IMG/VR virus record: IMGVR_UViG_3300002461_000236
Coordinates: 1 to 39,413 of that record
DNA length: 39,413 bases
Strand: one strand, 5' to 3'
Origin: a virus
Shown: piece by piece, positions 9,301 through 18,333 of the stretch
Layout of the letters: every line of letters begins with the position of its first letter
How positions within the stretch are numbered: position 1 is the stretch's first letter
Translations under genes and position numbers: made by a program
The notes under the pieces: generated by a model
Databases searched by the model: none
The model's input: only the letters and a program-made list of their open reading frames with translations
What the model was told of the DNA's origin: nothing

Positions 9301-11578
9301 CACCGCCGAAGACGCCCAGCAAGCTCGCCACGATCTTCATGACGAAGGGCTGCGCGAACATTTTGTACAGCTGGTCGGCCACGCTGGTCTTGAAGGTGGT
9401 GACCAGGCTCTTGGTGAACGACTTCCAGCCGTCTTTGCCGTTGTTGAGCATGTCGGCAAAGCCCTGCCGAAAAATGCCGTCGTACTGGTCTACCGACTTT
9501 TTCCAGTCGTCCAGGAAAACCTTGCTGGAGACATTGGCCGTGGCGATGGCCGCGGCAGCACGCGCCCGGGCTCGCTCTTCCTCGCGCTGGACTTCATCAA
9601 AGCCAGTGTTGGCATCAATGGCGGCGATCTGCTTTTTCAGATCCAGCTCAATGCGGTACTGCTCAAGAGCCACGGTGCGCGCACGCTCACCCTGCCCCAT
9701 CAGAGACAGTTCCAGCTGCAGGGCGGCATTGCCTTCCTCGATGCCACGGGCGTAGTCTGTGACGGACTGGCGGCCAGCCTCGCGCGCTTTGCTTTCAGAC
9801 ACGTAGGCGGCGTTGAGCTCTTCCTGAATCTCCAGGCGTTCGGCGTCGTAGAAGCGCAGGGCCTCACGGGCCTTTTGCTGTTGCTCCAGCACAGCCAGCT
9901 CGCTGATGGCTGCGTCTGCAGACGCTTTCTGCGCAGCGGTGAGCGTGAGCTTTCCGCTGGCCATCTCCTGGTCGAGCTTGATGCGGATCTTCTGACTTTC
10001 GGCCAGCGCGCCCGTACCGGCAAGCTCTTCGCGCTCTTGAGCGATCTTGGTGTTGATCGATGCGATGAGGTTTTGGTACGCGGATTCCTCGGACTTGAGG
10101 CTGCGGCTTGGGTCAGCCTTTTCCTTCTTGGAATTGGCCTCGGCCAGCTTGCCCACCAGGTCGCGGTATTCGTCAATGGTGATGGCGCCCGATGTGTACT
10201 GGGCGTGCAGCTTGGTCAGGGTGGGCAGGTAGTCCTTGTCCACGCCGTAGAGCTTTTGCCGGATGGCGATCAGTTCCTTTTCGCCAGCGGCCTGCTGGGC
10301 CATGGCTGCGCCCACGGTTTGCGGGTTGACGCCGCCACGGCCGCCCCCGGCACCGGCGCTCGCTGGCTGCATGGCATCCAGTTCTGCGCGCAGCTTGGAA
10401 ATCTGGTCCTTGCGGGCGTCAATGGTCTTGGCAATGTTGTCTGCGCCTGCGATGCGACCACCGGCGACGGCGCGGGCCATTGCAGCCTCAGACCGCTCGT
10501 TTTCGGAGCGCAGGCGTTCAATGGCCTGGCTGATGCCGTCGGCCGTCTTGGACTGGGCACTGACCAGCGCCACACCGCCGCCCACTGCAGCACTCAGTCC
10601 CAGCAAAGCCAGCACAGCCGGATTGGCCAGCAATACAGCACCCAGCGCCGCTACCGCACCGCCGATGAGGCCAATGGACTTGACGATGCCAGCAGCACCC
10701 GCCACCACGGCTGCGCCGGCGAGCGTGCCGCCCAGCACCTTGAACGCGCCTTCGTTGTTGCGAATGACGCCGCCGAGCGTATCCACCGCACCCGCCAGCG
10801 AACTGATGGAGCCTGCCAGGGTGGCCGTGGCGCCGGTGGCTTTGTCGAAGTCGCCCACGGCGCGGGTGGCCGAGTTGGTGAGCTGTGTGAATGCCTGGCC
10901 CACCGTGAGCGTTGCGTCTTTCACCTCGCCCTGCAGCACGGATGACTGGGACTCCAGCGCACGGATCACCTGGTCTGCCGTGATGGCACCCTGCTCGCCC
11001 AATGCGCGCAGCTCGCCACGGGTTACGCCCAGGCCATCGGCCAGCGCCTTGGCCAGCCGCGGGGTTTGCTCCATCACACTGTTGAGCTCTTCACCGCGCA
11101 GCGTGCCACTTGCCAGGCCCTGCCCCAGCTGCTGCAGCGCGGCCTGTGCGGCCTGGGCACCTGTGCCGCTGATGGTGACGGCGTTGCCGATGGCCTCTGT
11201 GACTGACAGCAGACGCTGCTGGCTCACGCCCAGGTCTGCAGCCGCCGTGCTGATGCTGGCAAAGGTCTTTCCCAGCTCAATGAAACCTGTGCGCGAGCGC
11301 TGCGAGATCTCATACAGCTGGTTGTAAGCCACTCCGGCAGCCTGCGCGCTGCCCGTGGCGAGCTTGAGCTGGTTCTGCAGGCCAGTGACCGCGTCGGCCG
11401 CCTGCACAAACTCTTGCACGCTCAGGGCACCTGCGAATGCACCAGCCACCCCGCCCACAGCGCGCGTAAGAGCACCCGCAGCGGTGCCCACGGTATCCAT
11501 GGCCCCGCCCACACGGCGCAGGCCGGTTTCTACTTCGCGCTCGCCGCCGAGCTTGAGCTGGATGCCAATGGGGGTCAT
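6353..11578 (-). CDS. Tail tape measure protein
   Basis: 1741 aa. Ala/Gly/Gln-rich helical repeats and a hydrophobic Gly/Ala central region. It lies immediately downstream of the G/G-T chaperone pair. The C-terminal module TGLRTYADGST.QMT..ELDLYRRG is duplicated. Confidence 0.9.
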   Translation of the reverse strand: MTPIGIQLKLGGEREVETGLRRVGGAMDTVGTAAGALTRAVGGVAGAFAGALSVQEFVQAADAVTGLQNQLKLATGSAQAAGVAYNQLYEISQRSRTGFIELGKTFASISTAAADLGVSQQRLLSVTEAIGNAVTISGTGAQAAQAALQQLGQGLASGTLRGEELNSVMEQTPRLAKALADGLGVTRGELRALGEQGAITADQVIRALESQSSVLQGEVKDATLTVGQAFTQLTNSATRAVGDFDKATGATATLAGSISSLAGAVDTLGGVIRNNEGAFKVLGGTLAGAAVVAGAAGIVKSIGLIGGAVAALGAVLLANPAVLALLGLSAAVGGGVALVSAQSKTADGISQAIERLRSENERSEAAMARAVAGGRIAGADNIAKTIDARKDQISKLRAELDAMQPASAGAGGGRGGVNPQTVGAAMAQQAAGEKELIAIRQKLYGVDKDYLPTLTKLHAQYTSGAITIDEYRDLVGKLAEANSKKEKADPSRSLKSEESAYQNLIASINTKIAQEREELAGTGALAESQKIRIKLDQEMASGKLTLTAAQKASADAAISELAVLEQQQKAREALRFYDAERLEIQEELNAAYVSESKAREAGRQSVTDYARGIEEGNAALQLELSLMGQGERARTVALEQYRIELDLKKQIAAIDANTGFDEVQREEERARARAAAAIATANVSSKVFLDDWKKSVDQYDGIFRQGFADMLNNGKDGWKSFTKSLVTTFKTSVADQLYKMFAQPFVMKIVASLLGVFGGGGGAAGGAVGAIGAGASAVSTASNAFSLFNGGKQLYTLGSQYLSGTMSGANVLGSVYGNATGLGIDGLLATNGAYGTAGAGAGAASPWASAAMPAAAAAAIAAVVLNALGAFRSERRVGSGLMGTLGKGDLSPFEEWREGGTLFSGPSYSTINPVAELEARRKQLQALKDSGQGNTQQASTLQMIVDKLEAEYGDLADQTAKQSKAIQSAYDALRTNVGDMADVLGLGSAAVRAFTTTLGGADGKGLNFEGLNGDQIAAKISEALATANNELAQQVIGKFVTTTTRGTRIVSENVGTEGEDRSTIYSEVDDTRTSTRYVASEYAREGEKAIDTLTRLATSLSTVNDAFSTLGVTLLDASLSGADAASALADAFGGLERMAALTKDYYQNYYTEEERKAKQKADLDKRFAELGIKTPGSRDELRGLITDQLNQVEVQRKNRDNLVATAGKGIADLVSGGKPISITDLGKVGLLDGIDPALIGNKPNADPKEQARLNAFLASVSAVAASDLKPGDMQASIEGLINANSEVLGLGKDAGKTAAALIELSGAFAELNESAEEIAARVAREAADARDKAYRALERAISEEKKVLDAQLQVAQELADNLSGLFDVLRSNVRDLYNEVDSTRAMGAAQGNAFITDALDVARRTGYLPDSDQIAQAIDAARGGFDTGAYSTQFARDRDRLVLAGQLAELEGLVGKQLSDAERQINAIKDQTKLLDETLEYWRKQIDIANGNLDATLTVTQAIKELTALMFPETNLKAPDKISGGGGGSSSGGVFGASGTVSPQAGYTVSPTGLRTYADGSTYQMTPGELDLYRRGIAPGSQAQGSGGSSGAVWGPTGTTPASPGKTTISDTGLRTYADGSTSQMTDAELDLYRRGLLGKVPGFATGGMHTGGLRLVGERGWEVEATGPARIWNQEQLAGALGGGNADVVAELRALRADMQVLKDEMANTARNTAAMPQLADQFDSVTAGGSALRNQPVPA

Positions 11579-11584
11579 GCAGTG

Positions 11585-12330
11585 TTACCGGTTGGTTGGG
11601 GGCGGTGTTTTGGCACGCTGGTCTGCCCAGGCTTCGAGGCAAGCGAACTCACACGCCTGGATGCAGGCGAACAGCTCGCGCCGCGCCTCGCCGGGCTCAA
11701 TGCCCAGTTCGTCGAGATAGGCGCGCACACCCTGGTAGTCGAGCCCTGTCGCGCCAGACATGCCAACGCGCCATTGGGTTTGCAGGTGCTGCCAATGAGC
11801 CCATTCCTCGATGCACTCAGGCCACAGGTAGACAGGCTCACCCTCCGCACCGCCGTCGGCCTGCCCGTCAAACGCACCAGCGGCAGAGAGCTGCGCCAGC
11901 ACCCCGCCCACTGGGCTGGAAGGGTCTGGCGCGTGCTGCGGCTGGCGTGCTGACTGGGCATGGTTGTGCTCGACAACGCGGCGGGCTGCCTGTGCTAGTT
12001 TTTTGCCTTGGCGCCCGCTTCGATCGCGTAGGTGCTGAAGATCACGCCAGGCAGGCCGGGGATCTTGCAGAGCTGGCGGAAGGCGTCTTCACTGAAGGGC
12101 ACAGCCTTGCCGTCTTCGTCTTTCACGCCCGACCAGTCTTCGGCCACGGTCGCAAGAAAGTCCACGATGGGGCGGCCGTCGAGATCGCGCAGCGCGGTGG
12201 AATACTCATCCTGGTCCATGCGGGAGCAGGTGAGCGAAAAATCGAACGCTTCGGCGACGCCGGCTGCGTTGTTGATGGTGCCCTTCACCTTGAAGGAGAC
12301 CTTGTTGCCAATGGTGAGTTTGATTGCCAT
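11585..12330 (-). CDS. Tail assembly chaperone G-T fusion made by -1 programmed frameshift (T part resembles DUF1799)
   Basis: I translated the -1 frame by hand. It is open from inside G (at least 12037) through the ORF 11585..11911, giving ...KKLAQAARRVVEHNHAQSARQPQHAPDPSSPVGGVLAQ... The T part carries the DUF1799-like motif LWPECIEEWAHWQHLQTQWRVGMSGATGLDYQGV. Confidence 0.75.
11995..12330 (-). CDS. Tail assembly chaperone (gpG-like)
   Basis: Start at MAIKLTIGNK (ATG 12330). The gene ends GCA AAA AAC TAG, so a slippery heptamer sits in phase just before the stop. It lies between the tail tube and tape measure genes. Confidence 0.8.
   Translation of the reverse strand: MAIKLTIGNKVSFKVKGTINNAAGVAEAFDFSLTCSRMDQDEYSTALRDLDGRPIVDFLATVAEDWSGVKDEDGKAVPFSEDAFRQLCKIPGLPGVIFSTYAIEAGAKAKN
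11998..12004 (-). promoter_or_regulatory. -1 ribosomal frameshift slippery heptamer A_AAA_AAC
   Basis: The minus strand reads GC[A AAA AAC] TAG in the gpG frame. This fits the X_XXY_YYZ pattern in the correct phase, one codon before the stop. Confidence 0.75.
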
Positions 12331-12485
12331 GGTGTTGCCCGATTGCTTGGGGCCCGATATGAAGGAGTGCGCGGCGTGCCCGCTCGGGCGAAGACAGGAC
12401 CAGCAGGCCGCAAGGCCCACCGTGCCGCGCACAAAAACCGATGCAGCACCACCGGCGCCAGGCCGGCGGTGTGCTGCCTGCGCGA

Positions 12486-13136
12486 TCAGCTCGCGTAGAC
12501 GGTGGGGAGGTTTTGCGCCTCAATGGACACAGGCGTTTGCACCACGCCCTGCGCCTGGCCGTTGGGCACGCCAGCGGCGCCCACGTAGCCCGTCATGACC
12601 ATCTTTGCGCCCGTGCCGAAGCGCAGGCGAATGGCGCGCTTGGCCTTGGCCTTGTAGGCTTTGTTGCATTCCACAAAGCCGGGGTCGGTCATGTCGAAGA
12701 AGTTGGTGAGCGACAGGGTGAGCGGCGCCGCGATGGTGGGCACGTTCTTGCGCACCGAGTCGTGGATGGTGGTCACGTCTGCCTTTTCGTAGTCGCCACC
12801 GCTCACGGTGATGCTCTGCACGCTGTTGAAGCTGGCGCCGAAGGTGACGATGCGGTAGCTGCCGTTGATGTAGGTGTCGAAGCTGGTGGTGTCTTCACCT
12901 TCGAGCTCGAATGTCTTGGCAACGGTGTTGACGTTCGCAATGCGGAACAGGCGGTCATTGATCTGGTACATGCCGGTGGCAGTGAACGAGATGTAGTCGC
13001 CGTTGGCCGGGTTCACGACACCGGTGTAGGTGCACACGCCGGTGGTGGCCTTGGTGACGGCCGTTACCGCGACCGCAGCGGCCAGGGCCGTTTGAACGTC
13101 AATGCCCACGTTGCTCCAGAAGATTGGATCTGCCAT
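12486..13136 (-). CDS. Major tail (tube) protein
   Basis: 216 aa, directly upstream of the chaperone pair. Size, position and composition (beta-rich, Thr/Val/Gly) fit a siphovirus tail tube protein. Confidence 0.75.
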   Translation of the reverse strand: MADPIFWSNVGIDVQTALAAAVAVTAVTKATTGVCTYTGVVNPANGDYISFTATGMYQINDRLFRIANVNTVAKTFELEGEDTTSFDTYINGSYRIVTFGASFNSVQSITVSGGDYEKADVTTIHDSVRKNVPTIAAPLTLSLTNFFDMTDPGFVECNKAYKAKAKRAIRLRFGTGAKMVMTGYVGAAGVPNGQAQGVVQTPVSIEAQNLPTVYAS

Positions 13137-13164
13137 TTGGGTTACCTCTTTTGAAAAATCGGAA

Positions 13165-13608
13165 TCAGAAGAAAGACGCAGCCGCCGTGGCGTGCCGCAC
13201 GTAGAAAGTCACCGTGGCGCAGGCGGTTTGCTCGCCGTCCACGTCGAAGTCCCAGGACACCGCTTGCGGGTCTATGAACCCGACCACGCCGCCCAGGGCT
13301 GGGTCTTGCATAAGCCGCTGCACGGCCGCACCCATGAGTTCATCCACCACCACATCCACCGGGTTGGCTGCGCTGCCACGGGCATAGCAGTCCATTGCCA
13401 CAGCGGTGAGCCACAGCGCCTTCGCCCCCTGCCCGACCGATGCGTCGCGCTCGGCCTGGGCGGGCCGCACCACAATGGCCGTGGCCATCTGCTGCGGAAC
13501 TACCCGGGCGCGGGCGCGGAACACGTTGGGCGACACCGGTGCGGCGGCCTGCAGGGCTGCCTGCATGGCGCCGAGCACCTGGGCGAACTTGGTGGGCACG
13601 CCGCTCAT
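13165..13608 (-). CDS. Neck protein (tail terminator / tail completion-like)
   Basis: 147 aa with an ATGA overlap to the upstream gene. It lies between the head-tail joining gene and the tail tube gene. Confidence 0.6.
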   Translation of the reverse strand: MSGVPTKFAQVLGAMQAALQAAAPVSPNVFRARARVVPQQMATAIVVRPAQAERDASVGQGAKALWLTAVAMDCYARGSAANPVDVVVDELMGAAVQRLMQDPALGGVVGFIDPQAVSWDFDVDGEQTACATVTFYVRHATAAASFF

Positions 13609-13913
13609 GCAACCTCCAGAATCAGGCGGGTGATGCCTGTGCCGTCAGGCTGCGCGTCGGCCACGATGTAGGGCACCCCTGCTACCGTCACCGGAAGACC
13701 CACTACCGCGGGCGGCACGACCGTACTGGCCACAGCCACAGAGGGCTGCGTGCCACCCATGCCCATCGGGCCCACAGAACCAATCACAAAGCCGTCGTCA
13801 AAGATGCCGCCGACCTCAGGGGCGCCGCCGATCACGACAGCAGAATTGGCAAGCCGCGCGAACACCGCATTGGTGACGCGAGACTCCAGGGCGGCGAAGG
13901 GCGCAAGGCTCAT
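13605..13913 (-). CDS. Head-tail joining / adaptor protein
   Basis: 102 aa. The C-terminal pattern GVPYIVADAQPDGTGITRLILE resembles head-tail joining proteins (G.Y.V....PDG.G...L.L). Confidence 0.6.
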   Translation of the reverse strand: MSLAPFAALESRVTNAVFARLANSAVVIGGAPEVGGIFDDGFVIGSVGPMGMGGTQPSVAVASTVVPPAVVGLPVTVAGVPYIVADAQPDGTGITRLILEVA

Positions 13914-13935
13914 GGTGCCGTGGATCTCGCGTGCG

Positions 13936-14280
13936 TCAGACCGCTACAGGCAGGTACTGCCCGAGCTTGATGACCACAGTGGCCGATGGGTTGGCGGCAG
14001 CTGCCACCGCCACACCGACGCACTGCTGCGCCGTGGTGGTCTTGTTGACAACCTTGTTGGTGGCGTCCCAAAAAACGCGGTCACCCACGGCGATGGCCAG
14101 CGCGCTGGTCTTGCCGATGGTGACGACGCCTTCGGTCTGGAACTCGCCAGCCGCGTTGGCAGCCACGTCGTTGCAGGCCACACCGAACAGGCTGGCGCCG
14201 AACAGAAAGCCCACGCCGGAAGCCACGGCCGCCGAAGGGGTGAGGGTGAGGGTCTGGCCCCCTTGCACGAAGTTGCGCAT
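13936..14280 (-). CDS. DUF2190-family head decoration / capsid cement protein
   Basis: 114 aa. The patterns GVACNDVAANAAGEFQTEGVV and GDRVFWD are typical of DUF2190 proteins, which are encoded next to major capsid genes. Confidence 0.7.
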   Translation of the reverse strand: MRNFVQGGQTLTLTPSAAVASGVGFLFGASLFGVACNDVAANAAGEFQTEGVVTIGKTSALAIAVGDRVFWDATNKVVNKTTTAQQCVGVAVAAAANPSATVVIKLGQYLPVAV

Positions 14281-14347
14281 GTCGATTCCTTGAAGTCAGA
14301 TGAGCGTTGGGATGGATGCCAGGGCGCACCGCGCCCCGGCTCCGGCA

Positions 14348-16468
14348 TCAGGCGCCGTTAGCCTTGTAGAGGCCGCGGAAGTCGATGGCCTTGGCAGCGA
14401 AGTCCAGGCGGCACTTGTAGGAAATGCCGTCCGACTCGAAGCCGACTTGCGACTCAATGACCGGGCCCTCGGCGCCGTCCAGGTAGCAGTACTCGACGGT
14501 GTCCACCTGCGAGTTGGCAGCGGCCAGGTACCAGGCGGTGGCGCTGTTGGCATCCAGCACTGGCTCGACCACGGGCGTGAGGGCCGTGCGGCCACCGGCG
14601 CGGAACTCGTTGACCTCAGCCTTGGTGCTGGGCACGTAGTTGCTGCTGGTGAGCTGGTAGGCCGTTTGCTCGAGCGCGGCGGGCACGATGAGGTAGCTCG
14701 GGGCCAGGTTCAGCTCTTCGCTGGCGTAGCCCTTTTGCAGGCGCATGGCGGTGCGGCCACTGGTCAGGCTGGTGAACTGCAGCGCGCTGCCAGCACCCGT
14801 GCCCAGGTTGGCGTGACCGCCTGGCGTGGTGGCTGCAGTCGCGTTGAACAGAGCGCCACCGTCTGCCAGGGGGGCATTGGCCGTGAGCTGGGCATACACC
14901 GTGCGGTTTTCCAGGCGGCGGGCCGCGAAGCCGAAGGCGGTGACCATGCGCTCGAAGGCACGCAGATCGTCGTTCACGATGGCCTGGCGGGTCAGCGACA
15001 CGATGCGGCCATACGTGAGCACAGCGTAGGTTTCGCCGCCGTCGGTCATGGCGCCGTACTTGAACTCGCCAGCCTCATTGGTCTGCAGCAGGTCAGGCGC
15101 GCCGGCCAGCTGCACCACGCTCAGGTTTTTGAAGTCGGGCGCGTTGGGTGCGCGGCGGGCCCACAGGGCGTAGGAGCCTGCGTTTTCTTCGTAGGCGTTG
15201 CGCAGGCGCTTGTTGGCCACGTTGGCAAACAGGCTGGTGAAGTCGCTGGTACCGTGCATGCCACCGGCGCGGAACTCCAGCATGCGGGCTGCCAGGGTCA
15301 TGCGATCGAGGCCACGGGTGTGCTGGCCGTGCGCTTCGAGGAAGTCGCGGCCAATCTCCAGCAGGCTCATGCCGCGGTACTGGCGGCCGTTGTCGTCCAG
15401 CGTGACGCTTGGGGCAATGCGGTGCAGGATGGCCTGCTCGATACCGGCCATGCGGACCTGCATTTCGTCGCGCACGGTTTCGATGCGGCCCACATTGCGG
15501 TGGCCGCCTGCAGCGCTGTCGCGGCGGGCCAGCTCATCGAGCACGGCGCGGCTGGCCTGCTCGACGCTGTTGCCAGCGCGGATCATGCCGGCGGCCAGCG
15601 TGGGCACGCCGTGGCGAGTGCACAGCTCGACAATGTCGGCAGCGCGGGTGGCGTCATCAGCCACAACAACCACAGGCGCAGCTGCTGTAACGGTGGTGGC
15701 AGCGGGCGCTGCGGATTGGGCCGGTGCGGTGGCGCCGCCGGCGACGGTATTCACGTCTGGCATGGAACGATTTCCTTCGAGGGTTGAGGTTGCGGCGGAA
15801 ATGCCCACCGTGGGCGGGATGGATGCGGCAGCGGGAGCAGCTGCGCGCGTGGTGATCTGGCAGGGGTATGCGCGCACGTCGCGGCCTTCGGGGTCGACCA
15901 GGCGGCCGCCTTCGCTGCGCACCTGGCTGTCCATGTCGGCAGGGATGGGCACCAGGCTGACCTCAATGGGAGTCCAGCGGGTGACGCGGTACACCCACAT
16001 GCCGGTGTCTTCAGACGGCGCGATCATTTCGATGGCTTCGCGCACGTAGCCCACGCTGACGTTGCGAATTACGCGGTCTTCGAGGTCTTGCACCACGCCC
16101 TGGACGCTTTCGCGGCGGCTGAGCTGGGCCTGGCAGACGCCCATGCCGTTTTCAATGGTGGGCTGGTCAACTACCCCCACCTGGTCTTCGAGGCGGTAGC
16201 TGGCGTGGCTATCGAGCAGCGGGGCGCCACGCTCAAGCCGCTCAAGGTTGATGGCTTCGGGCGTGACATCCAGCTGCTCGATGAAGTAGCGGCCGTTGGC
16301 CCAGTCATACCGGCGCACAGAGGCACCAGTGGTGAAGACCAGTTCAAACTTGGCAGCGGGTGCCGCGCCTTCTGCGACGCGCTCTGCCCGCGTGAAGTTG
16401 CGGACTTCCATCTGCAGGCCGACCAGCGGCAGGTCGGCGGTTTGCGTGGGGGTTTGCGGTGTAGGCAT
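14348..16468 (-). CDS. Fused prohead protease (HK97/S78-type) - scaffold-like linker - major capsid protein
   Basis: The N-terminal domain has LLDSH, NVSVGY and EVSLVPIPAD (prohead serine protease pattern). A central Ala-rich linker follows. The C-terminal ~400 aa look like an HK97-fold major capsid protein. No separate protease or scaffold gene is present. Confidence 0.85.
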   Translation of the reverse strand: MPTPQTPTQTADLPLVGLQMEVRNFTRAERVAEGAAPAAKFELVFTTGASVRRYDWANGRYFIEQLDVTPEAINLERLERGAPLLDSHASYRLEDQVGVVDQPTIENGMGVCQAQLSRRESVQGVVQDLEDRVIRNVSVGYVREAIEMIAPSEDTGMWVYRVTRWTPIEVSLVPIPADMDSQVRSEGGRLVDPEGRDVRAYPCQITTRAAAPAAASIPPTVGISAATSTLEGNRSMPDVNTVAGGATAPAQSAAPAATTVTAAAPVVVVADDATRAADIVELCTRHGVPTLAAGMIRAGNSVEQASRAVLDELARRDSAAGGHRNVGRIETVRDEMQVRMAGIEQAILHRIAPSVTLDDNGRQYRGMSLLEIGRDFLEAHGQHTRGLDRMTLAARMLEFRAGGMHGTSDFTSLFANVANKRLRNAYEENAGSYALWARRAPNAPDFKNLSVVQLAGAPDLLQTNEAGEFKYGAMTDGGETYAVLTYGRIVSLTRQAIVNDDLRAFERMVTAFGFAARRLENRTVYAQLTANAPLADGGALFNATAATTPGGHANLGTGAGSALQFTSLTSGRTAMRLQKGYASEELNLAPSYLIVPAALEQTAYQLTSSNYVPSTKAEVNEFRAGGRTALTPVVEPVLDANSATAWYLAAANSQVDTVEYCYLDGAEGPVIESQVGFESDGISYKCRLDFAAKAIDFRGLYKANGA

Positions 16469-16488
16469 GAACGCGATGGTCTGCGTTC
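16469..16488 (-). promoter_or_regulatory. Hairpin abutting the capsid-gene start codon
   Basis: GAACGC-N8-GCGTTC inverted repeat immediately 5' of ATG 16468 on the transcribed strand. No Shine-Dalgarno sequence is visible. Confidence 0.4.
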
Positions 16489-16490
16489 GG

Positions 16491-16517
16491 CTGTCTCATT
16501 TTTAGGAAAACTGAGAC
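16491..16517 (-). promoter_or_regulatory. Conserved 27-bp dyad motif, copy 1 (portal/capsid intergenic)
   Basis: CTGTCTCATTTttaGGAAAACTGAGAC is 24/27 identical to 18307..18333. It contains the inverted repeat GTCTCA...TGAGAC. Confidence 0.6.
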
Positions 16518-16537
16518 AACTTTTGCAGACCACGCGG

Positions 16538-18031
16538 TCAGGGCTTTTTCACGGGCTGGCTATTGCTGGCCTCGGCCTGGGCCATGCCCAGCGTGCGGCC
16601 TTTCTGCAGCATCATGATCATGTCGAGCGTGCCGTCTGCCTGCAGCCGATCCATGTCCGACTTGAGCTCTGCAAACACCAGCTCGGGCTTGTAGCCGCGC
16701 TGGCGCAGCTTTTCACTGAAGGTGCTGAGGCCGCCGCTGATTTCGTCCAGGTCGGCCGCTACGTCTTGCACGGGGTTCACGTAGCTCCACTTGGGGGTGG
16801 ACCAGTCCACACCGAAGTCGCGCACCCGCACTTTGCCCGACAGGTAGGCCGCCTCGACAAAGGCGCGCCAGACGGGCTCGCACAGGCGCGGGATCAGCGT
16901 CAGCCACTGCATTTGCTCTGCATTGCGGCGGAACTCCAGCATGCTGACGCGGGCGCTGCTGAAGTTGACCTCGCGCACGTCGCCGGTGAGCATTTCGTAG
17001 GTGACGCCCATGCCTGCAGCCACCAGGTGCAGCTGGTGCTTCATGTACTCAACGTACCCGCCTGCGGGCTTGGGCTCAATCACCTGGAAGTTCATTCCCG
17101 TGGGCACCTGGGTGATACCCCCGCTGGCCAGCGTGCCCAGTTCGCCTGTTGCGCGCACCTTGTCCTGGGCCTCGCTTTCGGTCATGGACATGCTGGTGAC
17201 GTCGCCGCTGGCCAGAACGCTCAGGCGCGTCTCCAGGTTTTTGCGCTGCAGCTCGGCATCCTCGTAGAGCTGAATGTCGCGCACCCGGGCGATCACAGGC
17301 GCCAGGCGCGTGAAGCCCCTGCCCTGCCCCGGCCGCTGCGGGCTGTACAGGTGGATGATGCGGTCGGCCGGCACCGGGTAGCTGCTGGCACGGCCACGGC
17401 GGCCAGGCTGCATTTCGCCTGGGTGCTGGTCCCAAAGCCAGTACTGGGCGAGCTTGCCCAGGGCGTCGTACTCAATGCCGTTGATGATGGTGTTGCCACC
17501 ATTGGTGCCGTTCTTGGAGCTGTCGAGCCAGTCGATTTCAAGCACCTGCAGCTGCAAAGGCACAGGCAGCCCATCCTCATCACGGCGGGCCCGCAGGCGG
17601 ATGAGCACTTCGCCGTCCTGTTCCATGGCGCGGTAGGCCATGGCCTGCAGGCCGTACAGGTCGCTGCGGCCGTCAGCATCGGCCACCTTGCACCAGTCCG
17701 ACCACAGGCGATCGACCGCCGCCGCATCCTTGGCCAGGCTGCGGGGCGTGATACCGGTGCCCACTGTGTTGGACACCAGGCTTTCAAGCCCGCGCGCCAC
17801 GTAGGGCACGTTTTGCACCAGCGCACGCGCACGGGTGCGCAGGATGGTGGCGTCCGACATGTGGTCGGTGTTGGCACTGGCCCCTGCACGGCGCGGGCGC
17901 CAGCCGTCGCGCTGGCTGGCGCCTTCGTAGGCCCTGGCCAGAAGCTCGCGCGAGCGCACGCGGCGCAGGCCAGCGTCGGGGTTGAACAGGCCGACGAATC
18001 GGTCAATAAGGTTGACTGCTGTTTTGGCCAT
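16538..18031 (-). CDS. Portal protein, lambda (gpB) family
   Basis: 497 aa. The N-terminal FNPDAGLRRVRSRELLARAYEGASQRDGWRP and the overall pattern match lambda-family portal proteins. The gene lies between gpW and the capsid gene. Confidence 0.9.
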   Translation of the reverse strand: MAKTAVNLIDRFVGLFNPDAGLRRVRSRELLARAYEGASQRDGWRPRRAGASANTDHMSDATILRTRARALVQNVPYVARGLESLVSNTVGTGITPRSLAKDAAAVDRLWSDWCKVADADGRSDLYGLQAMAYRAMEQDGEVLIRLRARRDEDGLPVPLQLQVLEIDWLDSSKNGTNGGNTIINGIEYDALGKLAQYWLWDQHPGEMQPGRRGRASSYPVPADRIIHLYSPQRPGQGRGFTRLAPVIARVRDIQLYEDAELQRKNLETRLSVLASGDVTSMSMTESEAQDKVRATGELGTLASGGITQVPTGMNFQVIEPKPAGGYVEYMKHQLHLVAAGMGVTYEMLTGDVREVNFSSARVSMLEFRRNAEQMQWLTLIPRLCEPVWRAFVEAAYLSGKVRVRDFGVDWSTPKWSYVNPVQDVAADLDEISGGLSTFSEKLRQRGYKPELVFAELKSDMDRLQADGTLDMIMMLQKGRTLGMAQAEASNSQPVKKP

Positions 18032-18034
18032 GGC

Positions 18035-18256
18035 TCAATCCCCCCGGGCGGTAGTAAAACGCACCTGGAACGAACCGCGCCGCGTGGCTGCAGCTGGTGC
18101 ACCTGCGCCGGCCAGCTCGGCCTGCACGAGGTTGCGGGCCTTGATCAGGTCATCGACGCTGCGGTAAACCACCTTGCGCCCGTTGACCTCGACGGACAGC
18201 TCGCCAGTGGCAATGGCGTTGTTGATGTTTTGCAGGTCGGTTGATGTGAATGACAT
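18035..18256 (-). CDS. Head-tail joining protein gpW-like
   Basis: 73-aa internal ORF MSFTSTDLQNINNAIATGELSVEVNGRKVVYRSVDDLIKARNLV.... The size, motif and position just before the portal gene match lambda gpW. Confidence 0.8.
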   Translation of the reverse strand: MSFTSTDLQNINNAIATGELSVEVNGRKVVYRSVDDLIKARNLVQAELAGAGAPAAATRRGSFQVRFTTARGD

Positions 18257-18306
18257 GGCTTTGCGCTTGTTCGTGCCGTGGTGAGGTGGCCACGGTACCG
18301 GCGCGC

Positions 18307-18333
18307 CTGTCTCATTTCCCGGAAAACTGAGAC
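18307..18333 (-). promoter_or_regulatory. Conserved 27-bp dyad motif, copy 2 (overlaps the 3' end of the Mor-like gene, upstream of gpW)
   Basis: CTGTCTCATTTcccGGAAAACTGAGAC. A second hairpin, CCGTGG-N8-CCACGG (18276..18295), follows before the gpW ATG. Confidence 0.6.

Noticed and set aside
8102-10945. 947-aa plus-strand ORF. Similar long plus-strand ORFs occur at 16088..18244, 14300..15787, 5337..6344 and elsewhere, all opposite the structural genes.
   Set aside because: These are shadow ORFs antisense to genes with clear identities (tape measure, portal, capsid). Their translations are Ala/Gly/Arg/His-rich and low in complexity. In a GC-rich genome, stop codons are rare in antisense frames.
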